DNA of 64,000 nt from Alphaproteobacteria bacterium (GTDB lineage Bacteria; Pseudomonadota; Alphaproteobacteria; CAAHEQ01; UBA3637): NCBI GenBank assembly GCA_017533325.1, contig JAFXIF010000053.1, positions 56 to 64,055 of the forward strand. The letters are read 5' to 3'. This document shows, one piece after another, positions 27,369 through 37,190 of the stretch. The position numbers and the translations under genes are program-made. Below the pieces are notes generated by a model, which saw only the letters and a program-made list of their open reading frames with translations, was not told the DNA's origin and made no database searches. The stretch's first letter is position 1. Each line of letters opens with the position of its first letter.

Positions 27369-28176
27369 AAAACCAAATACAAAAGCCGTAGGCGTTTTTG
27401 TTCTAATCGGATTTTTGATACTTTTTGGTATTATCGGAAAATTTATGTTGGATAAATTTAACTCTTCACAAAATAATTTAGTAGTTATGTATTTTCAAGA
27501 ATCCGTTAAAGGATTGTCTGTGGGTTCTCCGGTGGTTTTAGAAGGAGTTGAAGTTGGAAAAGTAATCAGTATTGAGTTAATCACGGGTAAAAATCCTTTA
27601 GATTTTAATATACCGGTTTATGTTAAATTCCAAAAATTAAAAGACATCAATGATTCTTCTTTTATAAATGCGACACAAAGAAGAAAAAAATTAGAACAAC
27701 TTATTGAGCATGGACTGCGCGCAAAACTTGCAACTCAAAGTTATTTAACAGGTCAATTAATGATTGAACTTGTTTTTTTACCAAATACCCCTATCATCTT
27801 AAAAAGAAAACATAATACCGGTGTATTAGAAATACCAACAACACTCTCCACGATTAAAGAACTCTCCCAAGGAATACAAAAACTTCCTTTAAAAGAAATG
27901 GTGGATAGAGCTAATAAAATCTTATCTGCATTAGAGGAAAATTTACCAACAACATTACCAAGAATTAATAATCTTTTAGATGCCATGACAGTTGTCACTA
28001 AAAAAATGGAACAAATGACACCTGCCAGCAAAAAAATTCTTGTTAATACTGATAAAACCTTGATTCATGTTAACACAACATTATCTGATATCAGTGCCGC
28101 TGCAAAATCAATGAAAAATTTAACAGATTATTTAGAACAACATCCGGAAGCGGTTTTAAAAGGAAAGGCTAAATAA
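27361..28176 (+). CDS. MCE/MlaD-family substrate-binding protein
   Basis: An N-terminal TM segment is followed by an MCE domain (LSVGSPVVLEGVEVGKV); sits within the operon. Confidence 0.7.
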   Translation: MSKKPNTKAVGVFVLIGFLILFGIIGKFMLDKFNSSQNNLVVMYFQESVKGLSVGSPVVLEGVEVGKVISIELITGKNPLDFNIPVYVKFQKLKDINDSSFINATQRRKKLEQLIEHGLRAKLATQSYLTGQLMIELVFLPNTPIILKRKHNTGVLEIPTTLSTIKELSQGIQKLPLKEMVDRANKILSALEENLPTTLPRINNLLDAMTVVTKKMEQMTPASKKILVNTDKTLIHVNTTLSDISAAAKSMKNLTDYLEQHPEAVLKGKAK

Positions 28177-28749
28177 ATGAAAAAAATATTTCTTGTTTCT
28201 CTTTTCTCCTTATTTTTAACAGGTTGCTTTTCAGGAAGAAGTCCGAATCCCTCTTTTTATCTTCTTGAACAACAATCCGGAAAAGAAATATCATCAAAAA
28301 AAATTTCCGTTTTGGTCGAACCTATTAAGTTACCAGCTCTTGTTGATAAACCTCAAATTGTGCTAAAAGAGGAAAATAGTCCTGAAGTAACAGTTTCCGA
28401 ATTTAACCGCTGGGGTGAACCGCTTTCAAATATGATAAGGCAAACTCTTATTGCAGATTTAAACACTTATTTACCAAACGCATTTATCAAACCGGATAAT
28501 TATGATACAAGTGGTCGATTTGATTATACCCTATTAATTGAAGTTGATCGGTTTATTGGTGAAAAAAAGAGTTTTGCCGCTTTTGATGTTTGGTGGACAC
28601 TTAGAAACGCAAATGGAAAAATAATTAAAAGAGAAAAATCCAATTTTTATTCCTCAATGGAGGAAAGTTACTCTTCTTATGTTGAAGCTCAAGGGTATAA
28701 TATTGACGAACTTGCACAAAAAATTGCACACAAGTTGTCAACTAAATAA
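28177..28749 (+). CDS. ABC-transport auxiliary lipoprotein (PqiC/DUF330-like)
   Basis: Lipobox LFLTGC. About 190 aa, immediately after the MCE gene. Confidence 0.6.
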   Translation: MKKIFLVSLFSLFLTGCFSGRSPNPSFYLLEQQSGKEISSKKISVLVEPIKLPALVDKPQIVLKEENSPEVTVSEFNRWGEPLSNMIRQTLIADLNTYLPNAFIKPDNYDTSGRFDYTLLIEVDRFIGEKKSFAAFDVWWTLRNANGKIIKREKSNFYSSMEESYSSYVEAQGYNIDELAQKIAHKLSTK

Positions 28750-28759
28750 TTGATAATAT

Positions 28760-28788
28760 AAAAAAGCGGGGAATTCCCCGCTTTTTTT
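28760..28788. terminator. Bidirectional terminator shared by the Mla-like operon and rpoH
   Basis: GCGGGG-AATT-CCCCGC flanked by an A-run and a T-run. The rpoH stop codon overlaps the T-run. Confidence 0.7.
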
Positions 28789-29668
28789 AAATTGTTAATC
28801 CCACCGCTTCGGCTTTCACATATTTTGAAATTTTTTCAAATGCTTTATTTTCAATTTGCCGAATCCGTTCTCGACTGATTTTAAATTCGATTCCTAAATC
28901 TTCCAATGTTACAGTTTCTTCTGTCAAAAAACGTTTTTGAATAATAGTTTTTTCTCTATCAGACAACGTTTCAATTGCCTTTGTTAACAATCTTTTTTTA
29001 ACTTCAAAATCTTCTTTGTTTCCCAAATCTTCCTCAATAGATACAGAGTTATCCACAAGCATATCTTGATGATTCGTGCCTGTATCTGATGATAAAGTTG
29101 TATTTAATGAAGAATCACCACTTAACCGCTGTTCCATTTCAATAACATCTTTTTTCGGAACACCCAACATTTTTGAAATTTGCTCAGCCGTTTCATCATT
29201 TAAACTGGTTTCATCATATAAACCCAAACGAGATTTAATTTTGTGTAAATTATAAAAAAGACGCTTTTGTGTTGCAACTGTCCCTATTTTAACCAATGAC
29301 CATGATTTTAAAATAAATTCCGAAATAGAGGCTTTAATCCACCAAATAGCATAGGTTGCTAAACGAAACCCTTTATCAGGGTCAAACCGTTTAATAGCTT
29401 GCATCAACCCAATATTTGCTTCAGAAATTAAATCCGCCAAAGAAAGACCATAATGTCTAAACGATAAGGCAACTTTTGCTGCTAATCTTAAATGAGAAGT
29501 TGTGAGTTGATGAGCTGCTTCAACATCATTATCTTCATGAAAACGTTTAGCTAACATATATTCCTGATCCGCATCCAGCATTGGAAATTTATTAACTTGC
29601 GCCAAATATAAAGTTAAAGAGTTACTTGAGTATAATAAAGATAATACATTTGCATGTGACTGCGCCAT
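28787..29668 (-). CDS. rpoH: RNA polymerase sigma-32 factor RpoH
   Basis: Sigma70 regions 2-4 are present, plus an RpoH-box-like TQKRLFYNLHKIKS. Confidence 0.85.
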   Translation of the reverse strand: MAQSHANVLSLLYSSNSLTLYLAQVNKFPMLDADQEYMLAKRFHEDNDVEAAHQLTTSHLRLAAKVALSFRHYGLSLADLISEANIGLMQAIKRFDPDKGFRLATYAIWWIKASISEFILKSWSLVKIGTVATQKRLFYNLHKIKSRLGLYDETSLNDETAEQISKMLGVPKKDVIEMEQRLSGDSSLNTTLSSDTGTNHQDMLVDNSVSIEEDLGNKEDFEVKKRLLTKAIETLSDREKTIIQKRFLTEETVTLEDLGIEFKISRERIRQIENKAFEKISKYVKAEAVGLTI

Positions 29669-29820
29669 TTTTATATCCTTTCAAAAAGCAATATAACTTT
29701 GGTCTCTCTACTTCGAGACAAGACCCCTCCCTTTTCATAGGGTATACCAACTATAGCAAAATAATTTAAGTATGTCAACAAAATCAAAACTTGATTGATA
29801 ATGTTTTTTTATAGCTCTGT

Positions 29821-29910
29821 TTAATTAAAAATCGGAGAATTTTTTAACATGTAATAAGTAATAAAAAAAACTATGATTCCCGCCATCAGGCACTTTTGCA
29901 AAGAAAACAT
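29821..29910 (-). CDS. Possible small hydrophobic peptide (29 aa)
   Basis: AGGAG, a 5-nt spacer, then ATG. Translation MFSLQKCLMAGIIVFFITYYMLKNSPIFN*. Below the ORF-track size cutoff. Confidence 0.3.
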   Translation of the reverse strand: MFSLQKCLMAGIIVFFITYYMLKNSPIFN

Positions 29911-30050
29911 CTCTACTCCTTGTTGACTAAATATTAAAAATAAGTTTCTACAGTATAACATTTATTTGAAAATCAACAATATTTTTCTTGAAAAAAACAA
30001 AAAAAGAAGTATTTTATATATAAAAGTTGTTTTAAAATAAAGAGTTTATA

Positions 30051-30845
30051 ATGTCAAAAAAAGTAACTGTCTATTCATTAAAGGATTTTGAAGGTATGCG
30101 AAGAGCAGGACGACTCGCAGCCGAAACTTTAGATTATATTACACCGTTTGTTAAACCTGGGGTTTCAACCGGTTATTTAGATAGCTTATTGGAATCATTT
30201 ATGCGCGATAATGGTGGGATTCCTGCTTGTATCGGATACAATGGTTATCCGAAAGCAAGTTGCATTTCTCCCAATCATGTTATTTGTCATGGAATTCCTT
30301 CTGACAAAAAAATTCTTCAAAATGGAGATATAATCAATATCGATATTACGGTTATTGTAGATGGTTGGTATGGAGATACATCTCGTATGTATTATGTTGG
30401 AAAACCATCTGTAAAAGCTCGCAGATTGGTCGAAACAACCTATGCGACCATGATGGCCGGAATTGAACAATGTATCCCCGGAAAAACAACCGGTGATATT
30501 GGCCACGCAATGCAAAAGTTGGCGGCAAAGGAAAATTATTCTGTTGTCCTTGATTTTTGCGGGCATGGTATAGGTCGCGTTTTTCATGATGCACCCAATA
30601 TTTTAAACTATGGAACTCCAGGAACCGGCACGACATTGGTTCCAGGAATGATTTTTACCGTTGAGCCAATGGTTAATATCGGAACGCATCAATCAACCAT
30701 TCTTTCAGATGGGTGGACTGCTATAACAAAAGACCGTTCGCTCTCTGCTCAATTTGAACACACTTTAGGCATAACAGAAACAGGATTTGAAATTTTCACC
30801 CTTTCACCCAAAGGATTTACTTTTCCGCCCTACGAAGAGGCATAA
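30051..30845 (+). CDS. map: Methionine aminopeptidase, type I
   Basis: Metal-ligand context DIINIDITVIVDGWYGDTS, GHGIG, FTVEP and EHT. Confidence 0.92.
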   Translation: MSKKVTVYSLKDFEGMRRAGRLAAETLDYITPFVKPGVSTGYLDSLLESFMRDNGGIPACIGYNGYPKASCISPNHVICHGIPSDKKILQNGDIINIDITVIVDGWYGDTSRMYYVGKPSVKARRLVETTYATMMAGIEQCIPGKTTGDIGHAMQKLAAKENYSVVLDFCGHGIGRVFHDAPNILNYGTPGTGTTLVPGMIFTVEPMVNIGTHQSTILSDGWTAITKDRSLSAQFEHTLGITETGFEIFTLSPKGFTFPPYEEA

Positions 30846-31558
30846 TGACAGAAAAAGAGAAACTTGATAAACCCCTGCCCCCAGATTATATCGGTCATAG
30901 AAAACGTATAAAAGAACGCATTCTAGACAAAGGCGCAACATCTCTTACCGAAACAGATTTACTGGAGGCTATATTAACTTATTCTATTCCCAGAAAAGAT
31001 GTAAAACCATTGGCAAAAAGTTTATTACGTCGTTATTCTACCTTAAGAAGAGTTTTAGCGGCAGAACCAATTGAATTGATGGAAATAAAAGGGATTAAAG
31101 AATCAAGTGTTGCCTTATTCAAATTAGTTGAAGGAATGTGTTATCAAATGCTGCTTCCTTTAAATAAAAAATTGGTATATTTAGATGATTGGAGCTCTAT
31201 TTTTAATTTTGCAAGGATGAAATTATCTCATCTTGAAGAAGAAGCACTCCTTTGTTTATTTTTAACACCAGCGAAAACATTAATCAGGCATGAAATTTTC
31301 AACAATGGGACTGTTGACAGTATCAACATTCCAGCAAACAAAATTATCAGCCGATGCGTTTCATTAAAGGCATCTTTTTTCATTTTAGTTCACAATCACC
31401 CTTCAGGTAATTTTTATCCGTCAAAAGAAGATATTATTTCCAGCAGGACACTAAAGGAAAAACTTTCAACGATAGGCGTTGATTTTCTGGACCATTTTAT
31501 TATCGGAAATAATAATATTTATTCCATCTTCAATCAAAGCTTTGTTAAAGAAGATTAA
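30845..31558 (+). CDS. radC: RadC-family JAB-domain protein
   Basis: An HhH-like N-terminal half, then a JAMM motif HNHPSG. Confidence 0.85.
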   Translation: MTEKEKLDKPLPPDYIGHRKRIKERILDKGATSLTETDLLEAILTYSIPRKDVKPLAKSLLRRYSTLRRVLAAEPIELMEIKGIKESSVALFKLVEGMCYQMLLPLNKKLVYLDDWSSIFNFARMKLSHLEEEALLCLFLTPAKTLIRHEIFNNGTVDSINIPANKIISRCVSLKASFFILVHNHPSGNFYPSKEDIISSRTLKEKLSTIGVDFLDHFIIGNNNIYSIFNQSFVKED

Positions 31559-32586
31559 ATTCTCCTTATTTTTTTAGGAATTCCCGCAATTGTTGTTACC
31601 AGGCGTTCAATGATAAGCTCTGCTGGTAACTCAGTTGTTTTTGTTTGTTTTTCAGCTTCTAATAATAATTGAAGCACTTTAACCAAAAAATTCTTTTTCC
31701 AAATATAAATTTGAGTCGCCATCATATCTTTTTGTTTAAATTGATTCGCTCTTAAAACTTTTTTCAAAATTTCTTCTTTGGCAACATTGTTTTCAGACAA
31801 ATCTACTGCCATTAAAAGCTTATTAAAGTGAGAGATCAAAACCCTTACAATCGTAACAGGAGCTTCCCCATTAACTAATAGGTTTTTTAAAATTCTATCA
31901 GCCTCTTGCTGTTTTCCAAGAGCTGTTTGGTGACACAAATCATCAAATGTGGCGCTTTGTGGTTTTGGAATAACAGCCTCTACATCTTGAATTGTTACCC
32001 CTTGTTTGTTTCCGACATACACAGATAATTTTTCAATTTCAGATAATGTTGTGATTCTGTTTTCTGTTAACCGTTCAGATAATAAATTTAAAACATCAGT
32101 ATCTGCTGTTAATCCTTTTTCTCTTAATGCATTTAAAATTGTTAAACGAATATCTTTTTCTTCATCATTATAACAAGCTATTTCTAAACCATCCGGTGCA
32201 TTTTCAACTAAATTTCTTAATACAGATGATTTTTGAAGTGCATCCGAAGTAATTAATAAAAATGTGTCAGATTGAATATAATTTAAATAATCTTCAACAG
32301 AGGAAACAACACTATTATCTGCCTCTTTTAACCAAATAAGTTTTCGTCCACCTAAAAAAGAAATAGAGTTTCCCTCATCCAATAAACAAGCCGGATTTTC
32401 CTTAAGATGTTGTTTACTTATCTTGATAAAGGAAAACTCATCCTTTTGAGGAATAACCATTTTAATTATTTTTTGAGCACAATCCTCAACAATTCCAAAA
32501 TCAGCCCCATGAATTAAAGCAATTTTAAATGTTGAACAAATTTGTTTGGAAAGTGCCTCAATCTGTGAGGGTTTGGCCTTCATCAA
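31555..32586 (-). CDS. holA: DNA polymerase III subunit delta
   Basis: 343 aa, located downstream of lptE (conserved lptE-holA arrangement). N-terminal pattern ...ALIHGADFGIVED. Confidence 0.7.
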   Translation of the reverse strand: MMKAKPSQIEALSKQICSTFKIALIHGADFGIVEDCAQKIIKMVIPQKDEFSFIKISKQHLKENPACLLDEGNSISFLGGRKLIWLKEADNSVVSSVEDYLNYIQSDTFLLITSDALQKSSVLRNLVENAPDGLEIACYNDEEKDIRLTILNALREKGLTADTDVLNLLSERLTENRITTLSEIEKLSVYVGNKQGVTIQDVEAVIPKPQSATFDDLCHQTALGKQQEADRILKNLLVNGEAPVTIVRVLISHFNKLLMAVDLSENNVAKEEILKKVLRANQFKQKDMMATQIYIWKKNFLVKVLQLLLEAEKQTKTTELPAELIIERLVTTIAGIPKKIRRI

Positions 32587-33082
32587 AAACCTCTTCTTGT
32601 TTAAAATAAGCTGCTACCCGTGTTGAAATATTTGTCACAAGAATTTGAACCAAATCTTCAATTTGTCTTTTTTCAGCTTGATAAGTTGTATAAGGTTCAT
32701 AGAAAACGTTAAATGCCCCAAGAGCCGTTGTTGAGGAAGATAACAATTCTTTTTTTGTTTCCTTATCAATTAATTGAAAAGATGCTCTTAAAGAAACCTT
32801 TTTTCGACTGGCAAAATTATCCCCTTGAATACTTTGACTTGAAAGATGGGGATTTTTCATTTGAACTTTTAAAATATATTTTTTAGGCCCATGAACTTTC
32901 TTGGGATTAAAAGCATTATCTAAACCTTGTTTTAAAACATAACCATTATAATCTTGAATGGGGGCAACTTCAATTTTTTCAGTTTCCAACTGTCCGGTAT
33001 TTTTATCAACCATATATAACGGCGAAAACCCGCAACCGGATAAAAGAAATAAGCAACCGACAAAAATTTTTTTCAATAACAT
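32558..33082 (-). CDS. lptE: LPS-assembly lipoprotein LptE
   Basis: Lipobox LLSGCGF; about 170 aa, immediately upstream of holA. Confidence 0.65.
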   Translation of the reverse strand: MLLKKIFVGCLFLLSGCGFSPLYMVDKNTGQLETEKIEVAPIQDYNGYVLKQGLDNAFNPKKVHGPKKYILKVQMKNPHLSSQSIQGDNFASRKKVSLRASFQLIDKETKKELLSSSTTALGAFNVFYEPYTTYQAEKRQIEDLVQILVTNISTRVAAYFKQEEVFDEGQTLTD

Positions 33083-33200
33083 AATGCCTCATATCCATAA
33101 CTGGTTAAAAAAAGCCTTTTTATTTGCTTTTTAGATTAAAATATTATATACTTATATTAACTTTTTTTATTTAAAAAAACAAGGAAAATTTATTAATCAA

Positions 33201-34052
33201 ATGCAAAAACCAATTCCAATTATTGTTGGCCCAACAGCCAGTGGAAAATCCGCCTTTTCAATTCAAGTTGCAAAACGCACGAATGGTGAAATTATTAATA
33301 CCGATTCTCTTCAGGTTTATAAAGATTTAAAAATATTATCTGCCAGACCTTCTTTAGAAGAGCAAGAAGGAATCAAACATCACTTATATGGATATATGTC
33401 AGCATTTGAAACAAGTTCCGTTATGGGCTGGCTAAAAGATGTTAAAGATATCATTAACCAAGTTGAAAATCCTATTTTTATAGGTGGAACAGGGCTTTAT
33501 GTTAAAGCACTGACGGAAGGTATTTCACCTATGCCCGATATACCGGATGAAATTAGAAATCTTGTTCGACAAATGGATATTGAGGAGGTTAAATCCAAAG
33601 TAAAGGGATGCTCTGCTATTGATCCTCAACGATTAAGAAGAGCCCTTGAAGTTGAATTATCCACAGGAAAACCTTTTTCATATTTTCAAAATTTGGAAAA
33701 AATTAAAGTTATTGATAAAAAATTTCAAATTTTCTTTTTAAATCCCCCACGGAATATACTATATGAAAGATGCGACAAGCGTTTCATTCAAATGCTATCT
33801 CAAGGAGCAATTGAAGAAGTTAAATATCTGCAAGAAATCAAAGCAACCGGTGGCGTCACAAAAGCTATCGGAGTAAAACAAATATCGCAATGGTTAAATA
33901 ATGAAATTTCAAACAAAGAAATGATTGAAGAAGCTTGTAAAGAAACAAGACACTATGCTAAACGCCAAGTAACATGGTTTAAAAATCAATTTGATAACAA
34001 AATTACATTCACTCCGGAACAAACGAAAGAAGTCTTAAAAACCTATTTTTAA
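33201..34052 (+). CDS. miaA: tRNA dimethylallyltransferase
   Basis: P-loop GPTASGKS, then INTDSLQVYKDL and GGTGLY. Confidence 0.9.
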   Translation: MQKPIPIIVGPTASGKSAFSIQVAKRTNGEIINTDSLQVYKDLKILSARPSLEEQEGIKHHLYGYMSAFETSSVMGWLKDVKDIINQVENPIFIGGTGLYVKALTEGISPMPDIPDEIRNLVRQMDIEEVKSKVKGCSAIDPQRLRRALEVELSTGKPFSYFQNLEKIKVIDKKFQIFFLNPPRNILYERCDKRFIQMLSQGAIEEVKYLQEIKATGGVTKAIGVKQISQWLNNEISNKEMIEEACKETRHYAKRQVTWFKNQFDNKITFTPEQTKEVLKTYF

Positions 34053-34131
34053 CAGACGGATAAACATCTTGATTTGAAGGATAAAGAATGTTATACTTTC
34101 TTTAAATCACCCTTAAACCAAGGAGTTTTTC

Positions 34132-35751
34132 ATGTATACACAAAACAATAATCCCTCTCAACAAGATGAAATGACTTTATCAATTGAACAACCTGAAAAA
34201 CAAATATGGTGGGAAAAAAAGGGGTTTATTGCTGCCAGTATTTTTTCCGTTATTTGGCTTGCTGTTATTTGCGACTTTTTGTTTTCTTCCGGTTGGTGGA
34301 ATGAAAGACATACCCTTTCACCAGCTGAATTTATTGGTGGCATTTGTGGTTTATTTTTTCCGATTTTAATATCATTTATGGTCAGCTCATATTTTGACAG
34401 AGTTAATCAAATTTCTTATGAAGCTCAAACGATTCGCTCATATTTAAACGAACTTATTTATCCGGCAAACAGCAATGCTGTTTATACAAAAAGTTTAACC
34501 GGCGCACTTAAAGAACAAATAAAAGAATTTAAAAAAATTCATCAAGATGTTTTAAATTTAACAAAAAATTTAAACCAAGAAATAAATACTTGGATTAATG
34601 AATTAAAAAACACCTCTTTACAATTAGATGAAAAAACAAAAATGAGCCTTAAATCTCTCACAAAAAGCCTTGTAGATTTAAACAAATCTTCATTAGATGC
34701 CAGCTCAAAGGTGATGCAAAGTTCGGATATGTTTAGTGAGAAAACCATTCTTTTACAAAACACAATTAAAGAAGCTGCCCATACATTTACTCCTCTGCTT
34801 TCTGATTTAAACAAATATGGAAACGAAATTAAAAAGATTGAAGACGCTTTAAAACAATCAGATGAAAAATCAAAAGATGTTTTAACACATACCCAACAAT
34901 CTGCTTCAGAAATAGGATTAAAAATTAAAGAAATTGAAAATGTTATTAAAACATATAATGAACAAGCTGAAAAACATGACTTTATCTTGAAAAACCGATT
35001 GGAACAAACTCAATCGATTTTGGATTTACAAAACAAAGCTCTTGAGCAATCGGATTCGTTTGTTAAAAATCAAACTTCATTTATTGAAGAAATAAAAAAA
35101 GGTCTTTCAAATCAAGATGAGGTTTTATTACAATCTGAAACAACTTTAAAATCACATCAAAAAAATATTGAAAAAACATTTGCAAAAACAAATGAGCAAA
35201 TTAAAAATATTGAAGGCACTCTTCAAAAAAATTACGATTTAGTTCTAAAAAAATCAGACGAAGCTCTTTTAAAAGTAAAAGCTTTGAATGATGAGATAAA
35301 AGAAACAAAAACCCTTTCCAAAGACATTCAAGAACCAACACCTCAACAAACAGAAAATCTTGTTTCACAAGAAACTAAAACAAGTGTTGATTTCTTGCAA
35401 AATGCCTCTCTTATTTTGGATAAATTACAAACATTTTCCATTGACATGGCACATATTTTCACACCAAAAGCCGAAGATATGTTATGGAAAAAATATTATG
35501 ATGGGGATAAAGCTGTTTTTATGCGATATATTACCCGTATGATTAGTGAAACACAACACAAACAAATTAAAGATCTTTATTTAAATAATGAAGAATTTAA
35601 CCAAGCCATAACAAGATATATGACTGAATTTGAAGATATGACCAAAATGATGCAAAATGTAGATAAAAATTTAATGACTACATTAATTGGTTCAGATAGT
35701 GGTCGCTTATATATGGTATTAGCGGATGTTTTAAAACGAAGTGATAACTAA
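34132..35751 (+). CDS. Hypothetical membrane protein with long coiled-coil region
   Basis: 539 aa with two N-terminal TM segments followed by heptad-rich K/E/Q/L sequence. Confidence 0.45.
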   Translation: MYTQNNNPSQQDEMTLSIEQPEKQIWWEKKGFIAASIFSVIWLAVICDFLFSSGWWNERHTLSPAEFIGGICGLFFPILISFMVSSYFDRVNQISYEAQTIRSYLNELIYPANSNAVYTKSLTGALKEQIKEFKKIHQDVLNLTKNLNQEINTWINELKNTSLQLDEKTKMSLKSLTKSLVDLNKSSLDASSKVMQSSDMFSEKTILLQNTIKEAAHTFTPLLSDLNKYGNEIKKIEDALKQSDEKSKDVLTHTQQSASEIGLKIKEIENVIKTYNEQAEKHDFILKNRLEQTQSILDLQNKALEQSDSFVKNQTSFIEEIKKGLSNQDEVLLQSETTLKSHQKNIEKTFAKTNEQIKNIEGTLQKNYDLVLKKSDEALLKVKALNDEIKETKTLSKDIQEPTPQQTENLVSQETKTSVDFLQNASLILDKLQTFSIDMAHIFTPKAEDMLWKKYYDGDKAVFMRYITRMISETQHKQIKDLYLNNEEFNQAITRYMTEFEDMTKMMQNVDKNLMTTLIGSDSGRLYMVLADVLKRSDN

Positions 35752-37172
35752 AAATCAATCGGAAGATAAACGTTAAAACTTGTTCCTTTTTTTAAAGAAC
35801 TTTGAACCGTGATTAATCCATCATGTGCATTAACTATTTGTTGCGCAATGCCAAGCCCTAAACCGGTTCCTTCCACCCCTCGGCTTTTAAAATTATCAAC
35901 ACGATAAAAGCGTTCAAAAAGCCTTGTAATATCTTGTGGGGCAATCGGGTTACCCGTGTTATGAACACTAACCAGAACAACTTGCCTCATATCACTAAAA
36001 TATTTATCAGATTTACGAGGAAACCCAGCTTTTAATTCTGCACGAATCGTTATAACGGAATTATCTTCACCATATTTAATGGCATTATCAATAAGATTTT
36101 GAAAAACATGAATCAACTCGGTTTTATTCCCAATTAAACGCGGAATATCATGAACAAGTTTTAACTCTATTTTTTTATGTCGTGCAGCAGCTTTCAACTC
36201 TAATGAATCGATGACACTTTGCAATAGATCCCAAATTAAAATAACATCTTTTTGATTATTTTTTTCCGTCATTTGAAGTTTAGATAAAACAAGCAAATCT
36301 TGAACAAGATTCGTCATTCTTTCTGTTTGTTCCGCCATCAAATTCAAAAATTTTTCCCGAGCTGTTTCATCATCTTTTGCCGCACCTTGTAATGTTTCAA
36401 TAAAACCGGATAAAACAGATAATGGCGTTTTTAATTCATGACTTGCATTGGCAAAAAAATCCGCTTGTTGTTGTTTAAATAACTTTAATTGAGTAATATC
36501 ATGCATAACCATGACAATAATACCCCCATTTCTCGCAGGGGCCGGTAATTTTTCAAAGCGAACTTGAAAGGAATAAAAACAATCGTCTTCAAAATCCCAC
36601 TCGAACCATTCTTGTTTGCTTTTTTCTCCAATTAATTGTTCAAACGCAAAAACAAAATCCGATTCTTTGAAAAAAGAATGCAATGGTTGATGCAAAATTT
36701 CATCTCCAAAGAAATTTCTTCCCATTTTATTTGCAAAAACGATATTTGCATTTTCATTAATCAAAAAAAGAGGATGGGGTAAATTTTCCAAAATTCTGTC
36801 TGCCGATATTGTTTGATTAGACCAACGATGTTTTACAGATAAAAAGGCATCAGCCAGTCGAAAAGAGCCAAAAATACCTTTATGCACATGTGGTAAATCA
36901 ACATCTCTACCCTGCGATAAATCCTTCAAATAATTAATAAATTGCTCTTGTTCATGAAAAACATAAATTGTCCATACAACAGAAAGAAGAAAAAAGGCAA
37001 TAAAGAAATAAAAAGCTGTTAATAAATTAACCTTCCCTAAAAAAATCAAAAAAATAAGGGCAATAATAATTGGCAAATTTAAAACAAAAATTCGCGCTAA
37101 GAATCTAAAAAAATAAAATGGTGTTTTTTTAACTTTTCTTTTTATCATTCGTGAAGTATAATAGAAAACCAA
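35748..37172 (-). CDS. Sensor histidine kinase (PhoR-like: TM, PAS, HisKA, HATPase)
   Basis: H-box FFANASHELKTPL, N-box NLIDNAIKY and G-box GTGLGLGIA. The start is uncertain (alternative MIKRKV at 37148), because only 18 nt separate 37172 from the mutS ATG. Confidence 0.75.
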   Translation of the reverse strand: MVFYYTSRMIKRKVKKTPFYFFRFLARIFVLNLPIIIALIFLIFLGKVNLLTAFYFFIAFFLLSVVWTIYVFHEQEQFINYLKDLSQGRDVDLPHVHKGIFGSFRLADAFLSVKHRWSNQTISADRILENLPHPLFLINENANIVFANKMGRNFFGDEILHQPLHSFFKESDFVFAFEQLIGEKSKQEWFEWDFEDDCFYSFQVRFEKLPAPARNGGIIVMVMHDITQLKLFKQQQADFFANASHELKTPLSVLSGFIETLQGAAKDDETAREKFLNLMAEQTERMTNLVQDLLVLSKLQMTEKNNQKDVILIWDLLQSVIDSLELKAAARHKKIELKLVHDIPRLIGNKTELIHVFQNLIDNAIKYGEDNSVITIRAELKAGFPRKSDKYFSDMRQVVLVSVHNTGNPIAPQDITRLFERFYRVDNFKSRGVEGTGLGLGIAQQIVNAHDGLITVQSSLKKGTSFNVYLPIDF

Positions 37173-37190
37173 AGAAAAGGAAAGAATAAA

